Shown here: positions 17,774 through 27,986 of the stretch, piece by piece
Numbering within the stretch: position 1 is the first letter of the stretch
Layout: every line of letters begins with the position of its first letter
NCBI GenBank assembly: GCA_023231065.1
Contig: JALNWE010000007.1
Coordinates: 5,842 to 69,841, forward strand
DNA from: Bacteroidales bacterium
GTDB taxonomy: Bacteria; Bacteroidota; Bacteroidia; Bacteroidales; FEN-979
Direction of reading: 5' to 3'
DNA: 64,000 nucleotides
Program-made: the position numbers and the translations under genes
The notes under the pieces: model-generated
What the model saw: only the letters and a program-made list of their open reading frames with translations
Told to the model about the DNA's origin: nothing
The model's database searches: none

Positions 17774-19846
17774 CTAATTCATATTTAGCTGGTTCATAAG
17801 GAATTCGTAATTGACTACAGAATTGTCAATCCGTTGCTTGGTTGCCTGTCCTGAGCCATGGCCCACATTGTAATCGATGAAAAGCATGACCGGGTTGATC
17901 TGTCCGGGATTATTTTGAAGGGCAGCGGTGAACTTTTTAGCATGGAGCGGATCCACCCGGCTGTCGTTGGCCCCGGTGCGGATCAGCATGGTTGGCATAT
18001 TGATCCCCATACGTATGTTATGGTAAGGAGAGTACCGCAGGAGGTTCCTGAAATCCTTTTCATTCTCGCTGGATCCATATTCAGGGATCCAGTAACGGGC
18101 GATCAGGAATTTGTGGAAACGGACCATATCGATCAGTGGAACAGCACAGAGGACCGCCTTGTACAGATCGGGACGCTGGGTTGCCACCGCGCCCATCAGC
18201 AGGCCCCCATTGCTTCCTCCTTCAGCAGCTAATCGTCCCGGGTTGGTATATTTTTCACGGATCAGCCATTCAGCGCAAGCATTGAAATCGTCAAAACAGT
18301 TCTGCTTGTTCAGCAACATCCCATCCTCATGCCATTTTTCGCCATATTCATCCCCACCGCGGATACCCGGCTCCACAACCACGCCTCCCCGGTTGATAAA
18401 CGGGGCATAGCCTCCATAATATCCGGGAGTGATACCGATGTTGAACCCGCCATAGGCTGTCAGCAATACCGGATTATTTCCATCCAGTTTCATATCTTTT
18501 CGGTGAACGACGATCACCGGGATCCGGGTACTGTCCTTGGAATAATAGAAATCGATCTCTCCGGTGATGTTGGACATATCGATGGGCATTTCACGGAAAT
18601 AATACAATCTCCATTTGAAATTTTTGGGAGAAGCCACGAACATCTTGCCCGGGGAGGTAAAGGTCGCCATGAAAATGTAAACGGAGTCTTCTTCACGGTC
18701 GTAACTAAACCCGGTCACATCGCCTATTTCCGGCAGATCGATGGGCCGTATCTTCTTCCCTTCGGCATCAAACAGGGTCAGCCGGCCCTGGATGTCTTTC
18801 TTGTCCTGGACGATCATCCTTCCGTCTTTCAGGACCTCGACATTCTGCAACACGGTTTCTCCTTCAGGGATCAGCTCTTTCCAGTCCTTGTATCCGGGTT
18901 TATCCGTACCGGCGACCATAAACCGGTATCTCGGTGCATTGTCGTTGGTAAGGATGTACAATTTATTGCCAAGCGCCGACGGATAAGCCTGAAATTTCGC
19001 GCTTTCATAGATTAACTTTCCTTTTTCCATCGAACCGGTTTCCCGCATATAGCAATTGTTGGAATTAAAATTGCCTTCTCCCGAAAAAGTGACATTGCCA
19101 TACCGGTTATCATAAATATAAAATGAATTTTTTGCATCTTCGGTGGTTCCGATGAATTGTGCACCCGTTTGCGGATCGCCTACTTTCCAGTAATAGGTTT
19201 TCAGCGGTCGTTGGGTGTTTACATCTTCCTGGCTGCGGATGGTAAAATAGGCATGTTGCTGGTCTTTGGTCCATTGATAACTGAAAATATTCTCCAGGGG
19301 AGGGTACAGGACCTTCCCGCTACGGGTTTCGATGATGTAGGTTGTAGATATCTCGGCCCCGCTTTTCTGAACGCTGATGGCGGCCCGTTCCCCATCGTAA
19401 GTATAGGCGGCCCCGATTGTGGAAGTTTTTCCGGTAGTGTCAAGTTTGACCGGATCCCAGATCAGGATCTTCTTCCCGTCAATGATCGTGTAGAGGGATG
19501 TTTGTTTATCCCCTTTTTTCCTGATATTCTGGAACACGCGTTTACCCTCTTTGTCAAGCGGCCCTTCATAATCCATATCGATAAAGGCAGCGATCTCATC
19601 CCGGAAACCAGGATGCTCCTTTTGGGTGGCTTTCATGTAAGCTACCGTGCATTCATGCTGTGCTTTTGTCCAGGCAATGACATCCGGATCGGTCTTATCC
19701 TCAAGCCAGCGATAATCATCGGTCAGCAGCATCCCGTGTAGGGTATCCACAACCGGGATCTTTGGAGTAACGGGAGGATAAAATTGTTGTTGTGCGAAAC
19801 CGGCTAATGGCAGGCTCAATGTTAACAAAAGAAAAAGTTTTTTCAT
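17774..19846 (-). CDS. Prolyl oligopeptidase (S9A family)
   Basis: 690 aa. Hallmark DDYRWLED near the N-terminus, catalytic GGSNGGLL serine motif and a C-terminal D...GHG triad region. Signal peptide present. Confidence 0.9.
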   Translation of the reverse strand: MKKLFLLLTLSLPLAGFAQQQFYPPVTPKIPVVDTLHGMLLTDDYRWLEDKTDPDVIAWTKAQHECTVAYMKATQKEHPGFRDEIAAFIDMDYEGPLDKEGKRVFQNIRKKGDKQTSLYTIIDGKKILIWDPVKLDTTGKTSTIGAAYTYDGERAAISVQKSGAEISTTYIIETRSGKVLYPPLENIFSYQWTKDQQHAYFTIRSQEDVNTQRPLKTYYWKVGDPQTGAQFIGTTEDAKNSFYIYDNRYGNVTFSGEGNFNSNNCYMRETGSMEKGKLIYESAKFQAYPSALGNKLYILTNDNAPRYRFMVAGTDKPGYKDWKELIPEGETVLQNVEVLKDGRMIVQDKKDIQGRLTLFDAEGKKIRPIDLPEIGDVTGFSYDREEDSVYIFMATFTSPGKMFVASPKNFKWRLYYFREMPIDMSNITGEIDFYYSKDSTRIPVIVVHRKDMKLDGNNPVLLTAYGGFNIGITPGYYGGYAPFINRGGVVVEPGIRGGDEYGEKWHEDGMLLNKQNCFDDFNACAEWLIREKYTNPGRLAAEGGSNGGLLMGAVATQRPDLYKAVLCAVPLIDMVRFHKFLIARYWIPEYGSSENEKDFRNLLRYSPYHNIRMGINMPTMLIRTGANDSRVDPLHAKKFTAALQNNPGQINPVMLFIDYNVGHGSGQATKQRIDNSVVNYEFLMNQLNMN

Positions 19847-19917
19847 AGGGCATACAGATTAAAAGATTACAAGATGAGCCGACTCCAAAAAGTCATTTTC
19901 AAAGAAAACCGGACACT

Positions 19918-19971
19918 GAGCGAAGTCAAAGCGTCTTCATTAACAGGTAATTGCATTCTTTGGCTTCGCTC
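19918..19971. other. Long inverted repeat (14-bp stem, 26-nt loop) in the thioesterase / prolyl-oligopeptidase intergenic region
   Basis: GAGCGAAGTCAAAG (19918-19931) pairs with CTTTGGCTTCGCTC (19958-19971). 13 Watson-Crick pairs, plus one position that is a G-U wobble in a plus-strand transcript and an A-C mismatch in a minus-strand transcript. Confidence 0.7.
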
Positions 19972-20033
19972 ATGGCCCAATTGATCATAGTTTTCGGAAT
20001 GGGCTCAAAGTTTGAATGGCTAAAAACATAAAG

Positions 20034-20041
20034 CAAAGATA
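20034..20041 (-). promoter_or_regulatory. -7 promoter box TATCTTTG (candidate distal promoter of the prolyl oligopeptidase gene)
   Basis: Minus-strand TATCTTTG, about 188 nt upstream of ATG 19846. Would give a long leader containing the 19918-19971 hairpin. Confidence 0.35.
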
Positions 20042-20176
20042 GAAATCAAATAGCTTTCGCGCCAATTAATGCGGCAAACCGGGTTAAAAACTCGATGAAA
20101 AGCGTAAGAAATGATAACAGGTCAATCCCGGAAACAGGTCATGACGAATTCTTTTGAAAACTTTTTAAGAACAGGT

Positions 20177-20596
20177 TTATTTTTTCTTGATCTCTTCATA
20201 TTTCCGGAACCACTCCGGAAAATAGTTCAGGAACCGGATCGGTTTGAAGTTGTCTTTCCGCACGACAATATGCTGGGTTGAACCCAGGGCGCAAAGTTCA
20301 TCTTTCCCGTTTACAACCTCGTATCCGTATGTCGTTCTTAATCCATGATTTTCCTCGACCCAGGTCCTGACGAAGACGCGATCGCCATACCGGACGGGTT
20401 TTTTAAAAGTGATTTCGACTTTCAATACTGGCGAACAAAATCCCGCCTTTTCCATTTCCGGATAGCTGTATCCCACTTCCTCAATCAGTTGTGTCCTTCC
20501 CATTTCGAACCACCGTAAATAGTTGGCGTGATAAATGATCCCCATCATATCTGTATCGCCGTATGTGACCTGAATTTCCTTGGTGGATATGTACAT
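20177..20596 (-). CDS. Acyl-CoA thioesterase (4HBT/YbgC family)
   Basis: 139 aa. V.YGDTDMMGIIYHANYLRWFEMGRTQLIEE is the typical hotdog-fold YbgC/FadM N-terminus. Confidence 0.85.
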   Translation of the reverse strand: MYISTKEIQVTYGDTDMMGIIYHANYLRWFEMGRTQLIEEVGYSYPEMEKAGFCSPVLKVEITFKKPVRYGDRVFVRTWVEENHGLRTTYGYEVVNGKDELCALGSTQHIVVRKDNFKPIRFLNYFPEWFRKYEEIKKK

Positions 20597-20685
20597 ATTG
20601 AAGTTTATTTGATGTGTCCTGATAAAATATAGCGAAATGGAGGCGTTTGATCATGGCATATTTTTTCAGGGGATGCAAGATAATG

Positions 20686-23097
20686 CTACATCCCGTTCTC
20701 AAATTCAAATTTTGTCTCTTTGCCCTTCTTGCCATTGACGCCGAAGTTGAAGATAAACCCGGCATAAAATACCCGTCCATCGCGTCGGCGGATCGATTCC
20801 TGAACAAGGACCGGAGTATCCACGGTGGTTTTCATCGTTTGCGAGTTAAAAAGGTCAGAGATGGTTGCAACCAATGAGATCTTTTTCTTCCAGAGGTCCT
20901 GGCGTAAGCCCAGGTTGACCACCCATGATGGTTCCCGCATTCCCTGGGATGTGAGCGCCCAACTCCGGTACTGGCCAATAAGCTGAAAAAGGGTAGTCTT
21001 GGTAATGCTGATTGAGGCATTCAGTTTGGCATTCCATGCAAAAGCTGATTTATCGGCGGCATAACCAAGGTTGGATGCATCTATCTGGCTGTAAAATCCA
21101 GACGCGCTGAAATTTATATTAGCAATTTTGCCTATTTGCCAGGTGCCACTAAGATCGATCCCTGCTGATTGATCGGTAGCAAGATTATCAATGGTAGTAA
21201 CAAGTACTGTATCATTCAGATTGGATGTGACTATAGTAAATCCATGTACTTTGTAACGATAAAAAAGCGTGGGGACCAGGGTGAGGTTTTCCAGACGCAG
21301 GGAATAGCCCAACTCCACTGAATGGATATCCTCAGGCTTCAGGTCAGGATTTCCGACAAAGATATTCCGGGGATCCCGGTATTCGGGGACAGGGTTCATG
21401 TCCTCCCCATCGGGGCGGTTTACGCGACGGCTGTAATTCAATTGCCATTCGTTTTTCCCTGAAGCAAGGCTCATGTGGAGGGTAGGGTAGAGGGCAAAAT
21501 AGTCGCTGTTCGTGGTTGCGTTGAGCGACCGGAACTCCAGGTTCAGCAATGCCTCTTCTGCCCGTAAACCAGCCATCACACTAAATTTGCCCCAGGTGAA
21601 ACTTGCGGTGGCATATAAAGCATGAACGGTTTGATTGGCATAAAACCGGTTTCCCTGGGTTGTATCGGCAATCCAAAGGCTTTTGTCAGGATCCCAGGAA
21701 TCCACTTCCTGGTCCTGGTGGGTGAGCTGCATATTTCCTTCGTAACCCGCATCAAGACTGGAGTTTTCCCACAACGGACGACTGTAATTGACCGAGAGGT
21801 TGATATTTTCTTCCTTGTTATTGGCCAGGCTTCGGGTTGTAACATCAGGATATAGTGGAAACTGATACACATTGGTATAATTATCATCCTCTGATTCAGC
21901 ATCCCGCTGATATTCAAAATCGACCTTTAAGCTATGCTCTTTTTCTTTATTGAAAACATGTTCATAATTGGCCTTCAGCCCGAGACTGGTTTCATCTTCC
22001 GTACCCGTGTGATCGCGCCATAATTGTTCGGTCGTCTGAAAAGAAGTATCCTGATAAAGATAATTGGTCAGATCACTTCGTTTTACCTTCCGCAGATTAA
22101 ATGTCCCTGATATCCCGACGAAATCGTTCTTGCTGACGTCCCAATCGATACCCAGCTGGCCAAGATGAGAAACCGGGAGGGCAAGGCCGTCTGACGTCTG
22201 GTTAAGATACACTGAATTTCCGGTGGCTGTATCAATGGTTTGAGAATTAAGATCGCTGCTGCGCCAACGGTAATCCTGTCGGTAACCATAACTTCCGAAC
22301 AGGTTAACGTTGCCAGTGTTGAAGTTGAGCTGCAGGTTGGCGTTGAAGCGGCTGTTGCTCCCGGCATTGGCGCCGAGAATGCTGTTAAAACCTGATTTGC
22401 GTTCTTTTTTCAGGATGATGTTGATGATCCCGGCCGTTCCGTCTGGCTTATATTTAGCCGATGGATTGGTTATCACCTCGATCCTTTCGACCAGCGAGGC
22501 AGGCATTTGTTCAAGGTTGGTCGAGGTAGCTAAAACCGAAGGACGGCCATTGATCAGGATGGTCACGGCCCCGGAACCCCGAAGACTGATATTCCCATCC
22601 ATATCTACCGAGATGGAAGGAATGGTCTGGAGGACATCTGAAACCGTTCCGGTTTGCGCCTGGATGTCGGTCTGGACATTGAAGATCTTCCGGTCGATCT
22701 TCGTGATCATCATATTTCGCTGGGCCGTGACCGTCACTTCATTCATGGTCACAGAAGCCGGGGTTAACGTTAATTCACCCAGATCGGTCCGCGAATTTTT
22801 CCGGTCAATGGTAATATGCCCGGATCGTTTTTTCTCATAACCAATAAAGCTGTACTCGGCAATATAGGTTCCAAAGGGAACATTTTTCATCCGGAACCAA
22901 CCCAGGCTGTCTGACACCGTCCCCGTAACCATGGAATCGGATTTGGCCGTGCGCAATACAATATTGGCATACTCAACGGGACTTCCGGATTGGGCATCCA
23001 TGACCCTTCCCGAAATTATTCCGGGATATTTATTCTGAGAAAGCAGGGGAAATGAAATCGTCAAAAAAAGGAAAGCAAGAAAATGAGTTCGGGCCAT
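20686..23097 (-). CDS. TonB-dependent receptor / outer-membrane beta-barrel with carboxypeptidase-regulatory-like N-domain
   Basis: 803 aa. Signal peptide. CarbopepD_reg-like start (ISGRVMDAQSGSPVEYANIVL). Plug region (IPSISVDMDGNISLRGSG). Long beta-barrel ending in aromatic-rich strands. Confidence 0.85.
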   Translation of the reverse strand: MARTHFLAFLFLTISFPLLSQNKYPGIISGRVMDAQSGSPVEYANIVLRTAKSDSMVTGTVSDSLGWFRMKNVPFGTYIAEYSFIGYEKKRSGHITIDRKNSRTDLGELTLTPASVTMNEVTVTAQRNMMITKIDRKIFNVQTDIQAQTGTVSDVLQTIPSISVDMDGNISLRGSGAVTILINGRPSVLATSTNLEQMPASLVERIEVITNPSAKYKPDGTAGIINIILKKERKSGFNSILGANAGSNSRFNANLQLNFNTGNVNLFGSYGYRQDYRWRSSDLNSQTIDTATGNSVYLNQTSDGLALPVSHLGQLGIDWDVSKNDFVGISGTFNLRKVKRSDLTNYLYQDTSFQTTEQLWRDHTGTEDETSLGLKANYEHVFNKEKEHSLKVDFEYQRDAESEDDNYTNVYQFPLYPDVTTRSLANNKEENINLSVNYSRPLWENSSLDAGYEGNMQLTHQDQEVDSWDPDKSLWIADTTQGNRFYANQTVHALYATASFTWGKFSVMAGLRAEEALLNLEFRSLNATTNSDYFALYPTLHMSLASGKNEWQLNYSRRVNRPDGEDMNPVPEYRDPRNIFVGNPDLKPEDIHSVELGYSLRLENLTLVPTLFYRYKVHGFTIVTSNLNDTVLVTTIDNLATDQSAGIDLSGTWQIGKIANINFSASGFYSQIDASNLGYAADKSAFAWNAKLNASISITKTTLFQLIGQYRSWALTSQGMREPSWVVNLGLRQDLWKKKISLVATISDLFNSQTMKTTVDTPVLVQESIRRRDGRVFYAGFIFNFGVNGKKGKETKFEFENGM

Positions 23098-23120
23098 AAG
23101 TTTTAGCTAAATCCTGAATG

Positions 23121-23128
23121 CAAAAATA
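23121..23128 (-). promoter_or_regulatory. -7 promoter box TATTTTTG (TonB-dependent receptor)
   Basis: Minus-strand match, 23 nt upstream of ATG 23097. Confidence 0.5.
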
Positions 23129-23155
23129 ATCAACAAATCCCTGTATGAAAGCTAT

Positions 23156-24235
23156 TTAACCCCGCGTCCTGTCTTGCATTCCATCCCAACCCTGGGCTGT
23201 CAGGGGGACGGATTTTCCATCGGGCGTGATCATATATTTGCCATCGGATGGCGCTGTTGTGTGACCAATGACCGAGATCCCTGAAACATCCTTTATTTTC
23301 TCATAATCGGTTTGAGGGATGGTGAAGAGCAACTCATAATCCTCTCCTCCGCTCAGGGCTGTAACAGTTGGGATGATGTTGTATTCAAGGGCCAGTTCGC
23401 GCGTATGTTCATCGATGGGGATTTTCTCCTCAAAGAGTTTACATCCGACATTGGATTGCTTGCATATATGAAGTATTTCCGAAGCCAGCCCATCGGAAAT
23501 ATCAATCATGGAAGTGGGTTTTATTCCCAGGCCTAATAAGAGATTCCGGATATCGGTACGCGCTTCGGGTTTAAGCTGGCGACCGATCTGATAATCATAG
23601 CCTGTAAGCTCCGGTTGCATCACGGGGTTGACCTGAAAAACTTTCTTCTCCCGTTCAAGCACCAATAACCCCATGTATGCTGATCCCAGGTCACCGGTAA
23701 CACAAAGCAGCTCGCCGGGTTTTGCCCCACCGCGATATATTACTTCTTCGCGGGAAGCTGTCCCCAGAATTGAAATGGAAATCAGGAGCCCATGGGTACT
23801 CGAACTGGTATCGCCACCTACCAGGTCAACCCGATATTTTTCACAGGCCAGAATGATACCGGCATAAAGTTCATCCAGGACTTCGGCGGGGAAGCGGCTT
23901 GAAACGGCGATGGAAACGGTTATTTGTTTCGGGATACCGTTCATGGCGGCAATGTCGGAAATATTAACAACAACAGCCTTGTAACCCAGATGTTTAAAGG
24001 GGGTATAGGTAAGATCGAAATGGATACCTTCGATCAGCAGATCAGTGGAGAGCAGAATGACCCCTTTTCCGGTATCGATCACCGCGGCATCGTCGCCAAC
24101 ACCTTTCAGCGTTTCCGAATGATAGCGCTGTACCGGCCGGGTCAAACGGTCGATCAGCCCGAATTCTCCCAATTCCGATAAAGGGGTCGTTCCCGGTTTA
24201 GTTCCCGAGGGCTTTTTTTCTCTTTTTTCGTACAT
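23156..24235 (-). CDS. thiL: Thiamine-monophosphate kinase
   Basis: 359 aa. GEFGLIDRL, GDDAAV, LLSTDLLIEGIHFDL and GGDTSSS are ThiL/AIR-synthase-like motifs. Confidence 0.9.
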   Translation of the reverse strand: MYEKREKKPSGTKPGTTPLSELGEFGLIDRLTRPVQRYHSETLKGVGDDAAVIDTGKGVILLSTDLLIEGIHFDLTYTPFKHLGYKAVVVNISDIAAMNGIPKQITVSIAVSSRFPAEVLDELYAGIILACEKYRVDLVGGDTSSSTHGLLISISILGTASREEVIYRGGAKPGELLCVTGDLGSAYMGLLVLEREKKVFQVNPVMQPELTGYDYQIGRQLKPEARTDIRNLLLGLGIKPTSMIDISDGLASEILHICKQSNVGCKLFEEKIPIDEHTRELALEYNIIPTVTALSGGEDYELLFTIPQTDYEKIKDVSGISVIGHTTAPSDGKYMITPDGKSVPLTAQGWDGMQDRTRG

Positions 24236-24263
24236 ATCGATGGACTAAAAATCCAAGTGGCTG

Positions 24264-24271
24264 CAAAGGTA
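24264..24271 (-). promoter_or_regulatory. -7 promoter box TACCTTTG (thiL)
   Basis: Minus-strand match, 28 nt upstream of ATG 24235. Confidence 0.5.
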
Positions 24272-24320
24272 AATGTTTTTCAGCGAAACATTTTTTACCT
24301 TTATTCGTTAATTTCGTGGT

Positions 24321-24989
24321 ATGAAAAAACCCTTTCACCTCACCAGGACACACTGGAGTTCTATTTTAGTGATTTCTGTGATTTTATGCTCATTCGTCAC
24401 TCCTGTTTTACCGGGCAATGCCTCAAGGACCTTTGATAAAGTGTGCCTTACCCTGATCTTTCTTTCAGGGGTCATGTCGCTCGACCGGAAAAAATGGTTC
24501 GTTTTGGTTTTGTCCCTGTCGGCATTCTTTCTTGAATGGATCTCCGGAATGTTGAACCTGGTTTATTTATCCGAGATTTCGCGGGCGCTGAACCTGTTTT
24601 TTTTCCTGTTGGTGGTGTTTTACATGGTCTGGCAAATGGCTATGGCCAGGATTGTCAGCCCCAGGGTCATACTTGAATCCATCGCGGGTTATCTCCTTTT
24701 AGGCCTGATCTTTTCAACACTTGTTGATGCTATTATGTTGCACGACCCCGCCGCTTATAATATAACCTTCCCGAACCAGGGGGCACAACCTGTTAATACG
24801 TCATTGAGCGTTCCGTTTTATTACGGATTTATCACCATGGCCACGGTGGGTTATGGGGATATCGTCCCCCTGAAACCCTATGCCCGTTCATTGGCTATGA
24901 TCATCGGCATCAGCGGTCAGTTATATATTGCCATCATCATTGCCATGCTGGTTGGTAAATTTGCCGGTAAGCAAATGGATGAAAAATAA
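24321..24989 (+). CDS. Potassium-channel-like ion transport protein
   Basis: 222 aa, multi-TM, with the K+ selectivity filter TVGYGD. Confidence 0.75.
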   Translation: MKKPFHLTRTHWSSILVISVILCSFVTPVLPGNASRTFDKVCLTLIFLSGVMSLDRKKWFVLVLSLSAFFLEWISGMLNLVYLSEISRALNLFFFLLVVFYMVWQMAMARIVSPRVILESIAGYLLLGLIFSTLVDAIMLHDPAAYNITFPNQGAQPVNTSLSVPFYYGFITMATVGYGDIVPLKPYARSLAMIIGISGQLYIAIIIAMLVGKFAGKQMDEK

Positions 24990-25037
24990 TCTAAATAAAA
25001 ATATGTTACTGTACTCAAAATAAACTTTATCCGCGAA

Positions 25038-25583
25038 ATGAATTTTCTTGAATTGGTAAACAAACGCAGGAGCGTTCGTTCCTATGACCTTACCCGGCCG
25101 GTTGAGCCGGAAAAAGTGGAACGATGTATCGAAGCGGTCCGTCTGGCCCCTTCGGCTTGCAATGCACAACCCTGGAAACTGGTGGTGGTGAACGATCCGG
25201 AACTGAAAAACAAAGTTGCCGAAGCAGCAACAACCAAATGGCTTGGCCAAAACCTTTTTGTAAAACAAGCCCCTTTGCTGGTCGTCCTGGTGAGAGAAAG
25301 CCCCAATATTACCTCCAAACTGGGGACTGTATTAAAAGACAAACCTTATACGATAATTGATGTGGGAATTGCCACCGCTCATTTCTGTCTTCAGGCCACC
25401 GAAGAAGGACTTGGCACCTGTATTATAGGCTGGTTTAACGAACCGGCTGTAAAAAAGCTGCTCGGGATCCCTAAAGCCAAAAGAGCTGAATTGATCATCG
25501 CTATTGGATATCCCGCGAAGCCCGATGCCCGGAAAAAAATCAGGAAACCGGTGGGGGAAATCAGGAGCTTTAATAAGTATTGA
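25038..25583 (+). CDS. Nitroreductase family protein
   Basis: 181 aa. RRSVRSYD, RLAPSACNAQPW and later IIGW are typical of the nitroreductase fold. Confidence 0.85.
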   Translation: MNFLELVNKRRSVRSYDLTRPVEPEKVERCIEAVRLAPSACNAQPWKLVVVNDPELKNKVAEAATTKWLGQNLFVKQAPLLVVLVRESPNITSKLGTVLKDKPYTIIDVGIATAHFCLQATEEGLGTCIIGWFNEPAVKKLLGIPKAKRAELIIAIGYPAKPDARKKIRKPVGEIRSFNKY

Positions 25584-25643
25584 TCATTTCATATTCAATT
25601 ATTTTTCTTCTATCTTCATCTTTCCTGAAAAATTAGCGATAAG

Positions 25644-25659
25644 AGGTATTACAATACCT
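25644..25659. promoter_or_regulatory. 7-2-7 inverted repeat AGGTATT-AC-AATACCT just upstream of the suf promoter box (candidate operator)
   Basis: Perfect arms. Ends 8 nt before the TATCTTTG box, roughly over the expected -33 position. Confidence 0.3.
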
Positions 25660-25667
25660 AAATTATG

Positions 25668-25675
25668 TATCTTTG
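25668..25675 (+). promoter_or_regulatory. -7 promoter box TATCTTTG (suf operon)
   Basis: Exact match, 68 nt upstream of the sufB ATG. Confidence 0.5.
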
Positions 25676-25743
25676 TCTGAAATTTTTTGATGTGTTTGTA
25701 TTAGTTTCTAAAAACAGGTAGTTTTGTGTTAAACAGGTAGTCT

Positions 25744-27192
25744 ATGGAACCCGATTCCGATAAAATAATCGACCAGGTCACGCGGCAGGATTACAAATAC
25801 GGGTTTGTTACTGACATTGAAACGGAATTTGCCCCACGCGGACTAACCGAGGATACCATCCGTTATATCTCTTCCAGGAAAAATGAACCTGAATTTTTAT
25901 TGGAATTCAGGCTGAAGGCTTTCCGGCGCTGGCTTACGATGAAGCAACCCACCTGGGCCCATTTGACAATAGACCCGATTAATTTTCAGGATATTATTTA
26001 CTACGCGTCCCCCAAAAAGAAAAAAGAGGTAGCAGGGCTGGATCAGGTTGACCCTGAGTTGCTGGCAACATTCAATAAGCTGGGGATCTCGCTCGAAGAG
26101 CAGAAGAAATTGGCGGGTGTAGCTGTGGATGCAGTCATGGATAGCGTTTCGGTAAAAACGACTTTTTCGGAAACCCTTTCGAAATACGGGATCATCTTTT
26201 GTTCTTTCAGCGAGGCAGTCCTGAAGCATCCCGACCTGGTGAGACAATATATGGGATCGGTGGTGCCTTATACCGATAATTATTTTGCAGCTTTAAACTC
26301 CGCTGTTTTCAGCGACGGATCGTTTTGTTACATCCCAAAGGGGGTTCGCTGCCCGATGGGGCTCTCCACCTATTTCCGTATCAATGCAGCCAATACCGGG
26401 CAGTTTGAACGGACCCTGATCATAGCTGACGAAGGCGCCTATGTCAGTTATATGGAAGGTTGTACTGCCCCTCAGCGTGACGAGAACCAGCTTCATGCCG
26501 CCATCGTTGAAATCATCGCCATGAAAGATGCAGAAGTGAAATATTCGACCGTGCAGAACTGGTACCCGGGAAATAAGGAGGGCAGGGGGGGCATTTATAA
26601 TTTTGTGACCAAAAGAGGGATCTGCAAGGGGAGCAATTCCAAGATCAGCTGGACACAGGTTGAGACCGGATCGGCAATTACCTGGAAATATCCCGGTTGT
26701 ATCCTGTTGGGTGATAATTCCGTCGGCGAATTTTATTCGGTCGCTGTGACCAATAACCATCAGCAGGCAGATACAGGCAGTAAAATGCAGCACCTTGGTA
26801 AAAACACCCACAGTACCATCATCTCCAAAGGTATTTCTGCCGGGAAGAGCAATAATTCGTACCGCGGTCTGGTCCGTATCTCGAAAAATGCTATTAACTC
26901 ACGGAATTACAGTCAATGCGATTCGTTGTTGCTTGGATCATCCTGCGGCGCTCATACTTTTCCCTATATCCAGGTGGAAAACAAATCATCGATCGTGGAA
27001 CATGAAGCGACAACTTCCAAGATCAGCGAAGACCAGCTTTTTTACTGCCAACAGCGGGGTATCGATGCCGAAAGCGCCATTGGCCTTATTGTGAATGGGT
27101 ATGCCAAAGAAGTCCTGAAACAACTACCCTTGGAATTCGCGGTGGAAGCACAAAAATTGCTGTCGGTCAGCCTGGAGGGAAGCGTGGGATAA
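25744..27192 (+). CDS. sufB: Fe-S cluster assembly protein SufB
   Basis: 482 aa. Highly conserved SufB sequence ([56 protein letters not shown]). Confidence 0.95.
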   Translation: MEPDSDKIIDQVTRQDYKYGFVTDIETEFAPRGLTEDTIRYISSRKNEPEFLLEFRLKAFRRWLTMKQPTWAHLTIDPINFQDIIYYASPKKKKEVAGLDQVDPELLATFNKLGISLEEQKKLAGVAVDAVMDSVSVKTTFSETLSKYGIIFCSFSEAVLKHPDLVRQYMGSVVPYTDNYFAALNSAVFSDGSFCYIPKGVRCPMGLSTYFRINAANTGQFERTLIIADEGAYVSYMEGCTAPQRDENQLHAAIVEIIAMKDAEVKYSTVQNWYPGNKEGRGGIYNFVTKRGICKGSNSKISWTQVETGSAITWKYPGCILLGDNSVGEFYSVAVTNNHQQADTGSKMQHLGKNTHSTIISKGISAGKSNNSYRGLVRISKNAINSRNYSQCDSLLLGSSCGAHTFPYIQVENKSSIVEHEATTSKISEDQLFYCQQRGIDAESAIGLIVNGYAKEVLKQLPLEFAVEAQKLLSVSLEGSVG

Positions 27193-27225
27193 TTATTAAT
27201 TGTTTGGATTGTTAATCTGTATATC

Positions 27226-27978
27226 ATGTTGCTAAGAATTAAAGACCTGCATGCTTCCATTCACGGAAAAGAGATCCTGAAGGGAGTCAATCTGGAGGTA
27301 AACAAAGGTGAAGTGCACGCCATCATGGGGCCGAACGGGACAGGGAAAAGCACGCTGGCTTCGGTGATTGCCGGGAGGGAAGTTTTTGAAGTTACCGCGG
27401 GGGAGATCCTTTACCAGGGCAAAAACCTTCAGAAACTGGCCGTGGAAGAACGTGCCCGCGAAGGGATATTTCTTGGATTTCAATATCCGGTTGAAATACC
27501 AGGCGTGAGTATGACCAACTTCATGCGTACTGCCGTGAACGAAATCCGCCAGTACAAAGGATTGGATGCCTTATCGGGCAGCGATTTCATGAAAATGATG
27601 GAGGAGAAGAAGAAGCTGGTCGAGATCACTTCGAACCTTACCAACCGTTCTGTCAACGAGGGCTTTTCGGGAGGGGAAAAGAAAAAGAACGAGATCTTCC
27701 AGATGGCCATGCTGGAACCGACTTTGGCCATTCTGGATGAAACCGATTCTGGACTTGATATCGATGCTTTGCGGATCGTGGCTAACGGAGTGAACAAACT
27801 GCGTCGTCCCGACAATGCCTTTGTCGTGATCACCCACTACCAGCGTCTACTTGATTATATCGTTCCGGATTTTGTTCATGTCCTTTTTGAAGGAAAAATT
27901 GTGAAGTCCGGCGGAAAAGAGTTAGCGCTTGAACTAGAAGACAAAGGTTACGACTGGATAAAAAATGAACAATTGTAG
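27226..27978 (+). CDS. sufC: Fe-S cluster assembly ATPase SufC
   Basis: 250 aa. Walker A GPNGTGKST, ABC signature FSGGEKKKNEI, Walker B ILDETDSGLD. Adjacent to sufB. Confidence 0.95.
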   Translation: MLLRIKDLHASIHGKEILKGVNLEVNKGEVHAIMGPNGTGKSTLASVIAGREVFEVTAGEILYQGKNLQKLAVEERAREGIFLGFQYPVEIPGVSMTNFMRTAVNEIRQYKGLDALSGSDFMKMMEEKKKLVEITSNLTNRSVNEGFSGGEKKKNEIFQMAMLEPTLAILDETDSGLDIDALRIVANGVNKLRRPDNAFVVITHYQRLLDYIVPDFVHVLFEGKIVKSGGKELALELEDKGYDWIKNEQL

Positions 27979-27986
27979 AACCAGGC

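Noticed and set aside
18329-19015. 228-aa plus-strand ORF (and 19157..19741, 194 aa) opposite the prolyl oligopeptidase gene
   Set aside because: The minus-strand frame carries the DDYRWLED and GGSNGG hallmarks across the full length, so the plus-strand ORFs are antisense artefacts.
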